A DNA stretch of 64,000 bases from Octopus vulgaris (taxonomy: Eukaryota). Where the stretch lies: the NCBI GenBank assembly GCA_951406725.2, contig OX597814.1, positions 102,982,001 to 103,046,000 of the forward strand, in the 5' to 3' direction. Of the stretch, positions 60,555 to 64,000 are shown in pieces. The translations under genes were made by a program, and so were the position numbers. Numbering within the stretch: the stretch's first letter is position 1; every line of letters starts with the position of its first letter. Below the pieces are notes generated by a model. That model did not search any database. It was not told where the DNA came from and worked only from the letters and a program-made list of their open reading frames with translations.

Positions 60555-61850
60555 ATCTTGCTCTAATAGCTGAGTCACTACCAGAACTAGAGAAGTTGCA
60601 GGTGTGGAAGTAAGGTCTAGAATCAAAGGGTCTTAGAGTCAATCTAGCAAAAACCAACGTCTCAATAAATAGGAAGGCAGACAAACCACAAATCCCTTCA
60701 GGTAGATGGCCCTGCTCAATCTGTAGAAAAGGTATAGGTAGAAATTCCATAAGATGTCTCCAGTGTAAGCTATGGACAAATAAGAGGTGCAACAGTATCA
60801 AAAGAAGGTTAACTGGAAAGATAGTATTTGTGTGTGGCAGATGCACAGGGACAATAAACACTGAAAATGTGCAGAAAACAGCTTCCGTTACCTAGGTGAC
60901 CAAGTCAGTAGCGAGGGTGGTTGCTCTGAGAGTGTAGCTGCTAGAATAAGAATAGCCTGGGCAAAGTTCAGAGAGCTCCCACCTCTGCTGGTAACAAAGG
61001 GCCTCTTGCTCAGAGTAAAAGGTAGACTGTATGAGGCATGTGTGCAAACAGCCATGCTACATGGCAGTGACTGCTGAGGACGTGTAGGCTTGAAAGAAAT
61101 GAAACTAGTAGGCTCCGCTGGATGTGTAATGTCAGTGTGCATACTCGACAGAGTGTAGGTGCCCTGAGAGAAAAGTTGGACATAAGAGGCATCAGATGTG
61201 GTGTGCAAGAGAAACAACTGTGCTGGTATGGTCATGTGTTGTGTATGGATGAGGACAGCTGTGTGAAGAAGTGTCACACCCTAGCAGTAGAGGGAACCTG
61301 TGGAAGAGGTGGACCCAGGAAGACCTGGGATGAGGTGAAGCATGACCTCTGAACATTGGGCAACGAAAAGTGACTGAAACCTTTGGAGATATGCTGTGCT
61401 AGAGAAGGCCAAGCGAGACCATAACTGTGGCCTATGCCAGTGCAGCATAACCAGCCCTCCAATGCTTGCAAAAACCTGTTGAGGCAAGTGAAGTCATTGT
61501 TGTGGCCGATGACAGTACTCTGATTGGCACCCATGCTGGTAGCATGTAAAGAGCATCATTCGAGCATGGTTGATGCCACTGCTGGCTGACTGGTCCTGTG
61601 CCAGTGGCATGTAAAAAGCACCATTCAAGCATGGTTGTTGCCAGTGCCACATAACTGGCCCTCATGCCGGTGGGACTTAAAAAGTACCTGCTACACTCTT
61701 GGAGTGGTTGGCATTAGGAAGGGCATCCAGCTGTAGAAACATTGCCAGATTGGATTGGAGCCTGGTGCAGCCATCTGCCTCGCCAGCCCTCAGTCAAACC
61801 ATCCAACCTATGCCAGCATGGAACTTGGATGCCAAACAACCATGATGATT
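60555..61850 (+). mobile_element. RTE LINE 3' portion (preceded by an inverted RTE piece at ~60000-60555)
   Basis: WPCSICRKG..VCGRC, FRYLGDQ, WYGHVLCMDEDS, GPRKTW; tandem 3' UTR. Confidence 0.85.
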
Positions 61851-62941
61851 GTACAGATCAAAGTACAATTTAATCACATTTCAAAGAAATAAGGAGCTTG
61901 GTGCCTGATCACCTCCATTTGCTCACACATGGACAACAGTTGTGTGCTTAGTACCCAAGTGTGGTCTCTATATTTTAACTGTATTTTTCATAAGTGATCT
62001 TGTGCTGGTGCCATATAGTACCCAGTACACTCTGTAAAGTGGTTGGCATTAAGAAGAGCATCAAGCCATAGAAATCTTGCCAAAACAGACATTTTGAGCC
62101 TGGTGCAGCCCTCTGGCTTGCCAGATTCTGTCAAGCTGTCCAACCCTTGCCAGTATGGAAAATGGACATTAAATGACAATTGATGATAGTTTCCATTTAT
62201 TAGCAAAACTCCCATATCTGTTGTAATAATGTGTCACAGGACTTCATATACAAATAGGAGGGGTACTGTGAAACAAACTACGATTAACTGTTAAACCAGA
62301 AATGCTTAAATTTCAAATGTATGGAGGGTGAGTGTAGGAATCTGACCATGTTTGCAGAAAGAAATGTGGACCTATTGAAATGAGTACTGTGATAGGAAAC
62401 CTATGCTGGTCCTCTATCAACTTGCTAAGGATAAACATTAATCCTTTTGATGTGTTTTATATGACACATTGTTACAACAGATATGGCAGGTTACTCGAAT
62501 AAATGAATGGAAATCATCACTTAATGATAAAAATAATAAAATACTGTTAAACTGCAGAAACCACACCAACACTGCTGTGTAAAGGCACAGAATCACTGCA
62601 TGGGCTGCTTTGCGTGCATGGACAAAATGAAGTCAATCCTCCATACATCTACCTAAATATAGAACCTACAAACTAAGAGGCTGACAGGGTATAAATGATG
62701 AAAGGACATCAATAAACCATAACTGACTGATTAATCAAACAACTGAGGAGTTAATTGACTAAATAGTTAACCAATTGACGAATAATAAAGAAGTGAAATA
62801 GAACCAGTGTGTGTATATTATTGGCATAATGACTCTCTGAAGATACAACAAAATTAATAATTTGATCTAATTAAAGTTTTGAGAAGCTGGAGGATGACTA
62901 GAAATCAATGTATTGGTGTTTTTATTTTCTTATTTGCAAAG

Positions 62942-63166
62942 GTGACCATCACTAAAGAAGATTGTAACCTCGAACTTGAAGACTGGGAAAACATAGCAAT
63001 TGGAGAGATGGATAATTTAGAAGTGGATACTGTAACAGAAAACTTGTGCAGCCTAAAAGTGAGGGACAGTGATGACAGCAGCACAGAGAGTGAATCCGTT
63101 ACTGATTCCAGCAGCGAGAGCAGCAGTGGACATTCCACTGGATCAGACTCAGAAGACTCAAATTAA
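62942..63166 (+). CDS. SHQ1: SHQ1 coding exon 14, terminal (VTITKEDCNLELEDWE..Ser/Asp-rich tail, TAA)
   Basis: Pyrimidine tract + AAG acceptor; V..TK....LELE..E motif; stop at 63164-63166. Total CDS 1446 nt, in frame. Confidence 0.9.
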   Translation: MTITKEDCNLELEDWENIAIGEMDNLEVDTVTENLCSLKVRDSDDSSTESESVTDSSSESSSGHSTGSDSEDSN

Positions 63167-63300
63167 AAAATAACAAAACCTGATTTATTTAAAGCTAAAA
63201 GATTTTTACAGAAGCAGCAGCAGCTATAGTGAATATGCCAGGAATTAAAAATACAAAGAGTGTGAAAACTTTTTTTTTTTTGGAGAGAGAGAGGAAACCT

Positions 63301-63387
63301 TCATTCTTTTATCACTTCTAAGACCTCATTCAGTATTTTTATAGACTCAGTTCCTTCAAGAGCTTCATTGATAAGTGCTGTACTGAT
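63301..63387 (-). CDS. CDCA8: Borealin/CDCA8-like gene, terminal coding exon (ISTALINEALEGTESIKILNEVLEVIKE*)
   Basis: Minus-strand pyrimidine tract + TAG acceptor; phase 0; TGA at 63301-63303; minus-strand AATAAA at 63184-63189. Confidence 0.7.
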   Translation of the reverse strand: MSTALINEALEGTESIKILNEVLEVIKE

Positions 63388-63489
63388 CTATTAAAAGAAA
63401 GAAAGACAAAAAAAAAAGAAAGAAAAATAGTTAAATGGAAGACATTATTACAGCAGAAAGCAGTAATTTCCATGGGTTAGTTTACTTAC

Positions 63490-63604
63490 TCGTTCCCTGA
63501 TTTTCTCAATTTTAGTTTGAGACCGAACAACAACTGGGCTTCCTGCTAATGACATGAACCTTTCACCTTGTCTGGGACTGCGATCAAATGGAGTGATAGG
63601 TAAC
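63490..63604 (-). CDS. CDCA8: Borealin/CDCA8-like gene, penultimate exon (LPITPFDRSPRQGERFMSLAGSPVVVRSQTKIEKIRER)
   Basis: AG acceptor and GTAAGT donor on the minus strand; Borealin C-terminal motif R.P..GE...S..GSP; phase 2 to 0. Confidence 0.8.
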
Positions 63605-63735
63605 CTTAGAACAGATAAAAAAATAAAAAATAATACTAATAATAATAATATTAGTATTCAAAATGACTTTCTACAGCCATTTTTCATTTAACTTACTTTC
63701 ACTTTAGATGAATTTAAGAAAGTAGGATCACTCAC

Positions 63736-63813
63736 CTGGTATCAAACTTTGGTGTAATTGCAGGGGTCATTAAAAACTGTGAAGATGACCAGTTCGTCAA
63801 GGGGGTTTGTTGC
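63736..63813 (-). CDS. CDCA8: Borealin/CDCA8-like gene, internal exon (QQTPLTNWSSSQFLMTPAITPKFDTR); upstream exons lie outside the window
   Basis: CTGTAG acceptor; GTGAGT donor; only one open frame; ITPKFD.R motif; phase 1 to 2. Confidence 0.8.
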
Positions 63814-64000
63814 CTACAGAATACATAAAAATCATCAGTAAAATAGTTACCATGATGAAAATTAATTCATCGGCATCGTTTAGTGCAAGCTGCAGAGGGC
63901 TCCAGTCTGTTTTGATTTGGTTTCTACAGCTGGATGCCCTTCCTAATGCCAACCACCCTGAGAGAGTACTGGTCATGACTATGATTTCACTAAGCTTCAC

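Noticed and set aside
27285-62941. Intronic H/ACA or C/D snoRNAs hosted by SHQ1
   Set aside because: Plausible for a ribosome-biogenesis gene, but I found no convincing hairpin-H-hairpin-ACA or C/D box pair by eye; needs snoReport or Infernal.

Overview
Repeat-rich eukaryotic DNA. The SINE/RTE repeat families point to an octopus (coleoid cephalopod) genome (inference). It holds one complete spliced gene on the + strand, SHQ1 (H/ACA RNP assembly factor). I reconstructed it by hand as 14 coding exons, 27210-63166, 1446 nt = 481 aa + stop, with all splice phases consistent. One SHQ1 intron (47401-50510) has U12-type minor-spliceosome signals. A probable promoter and non-coding first exon lie about 18 kb upstream (~8460-8923). 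The last three coding exons of a convergent Borealin/CDCA8-like gene lie on the - strand (63301-63813), its stop codon only 134 nt from the SHQ1 stop. The rest is mostly decayed mobile DNA: many copies of an RTE LINE carrying a PHD-type finger inside its RT, plus BovB-like, CRE-like and R4/Dong-like LINEs, Penelope-like GIY-YIG remnants, mariner and DD37D/maT transposons, Helitrons, tRNA-derived SINEs and several large foldback elements. Several foldback or Penelope-associated pieces carry hammerhead-ribozyme-like cores. Most ORFs in the supplied track are TE fragments or microsatellite artefacts. All family assignments rest on recognised motifs; no database search was run.
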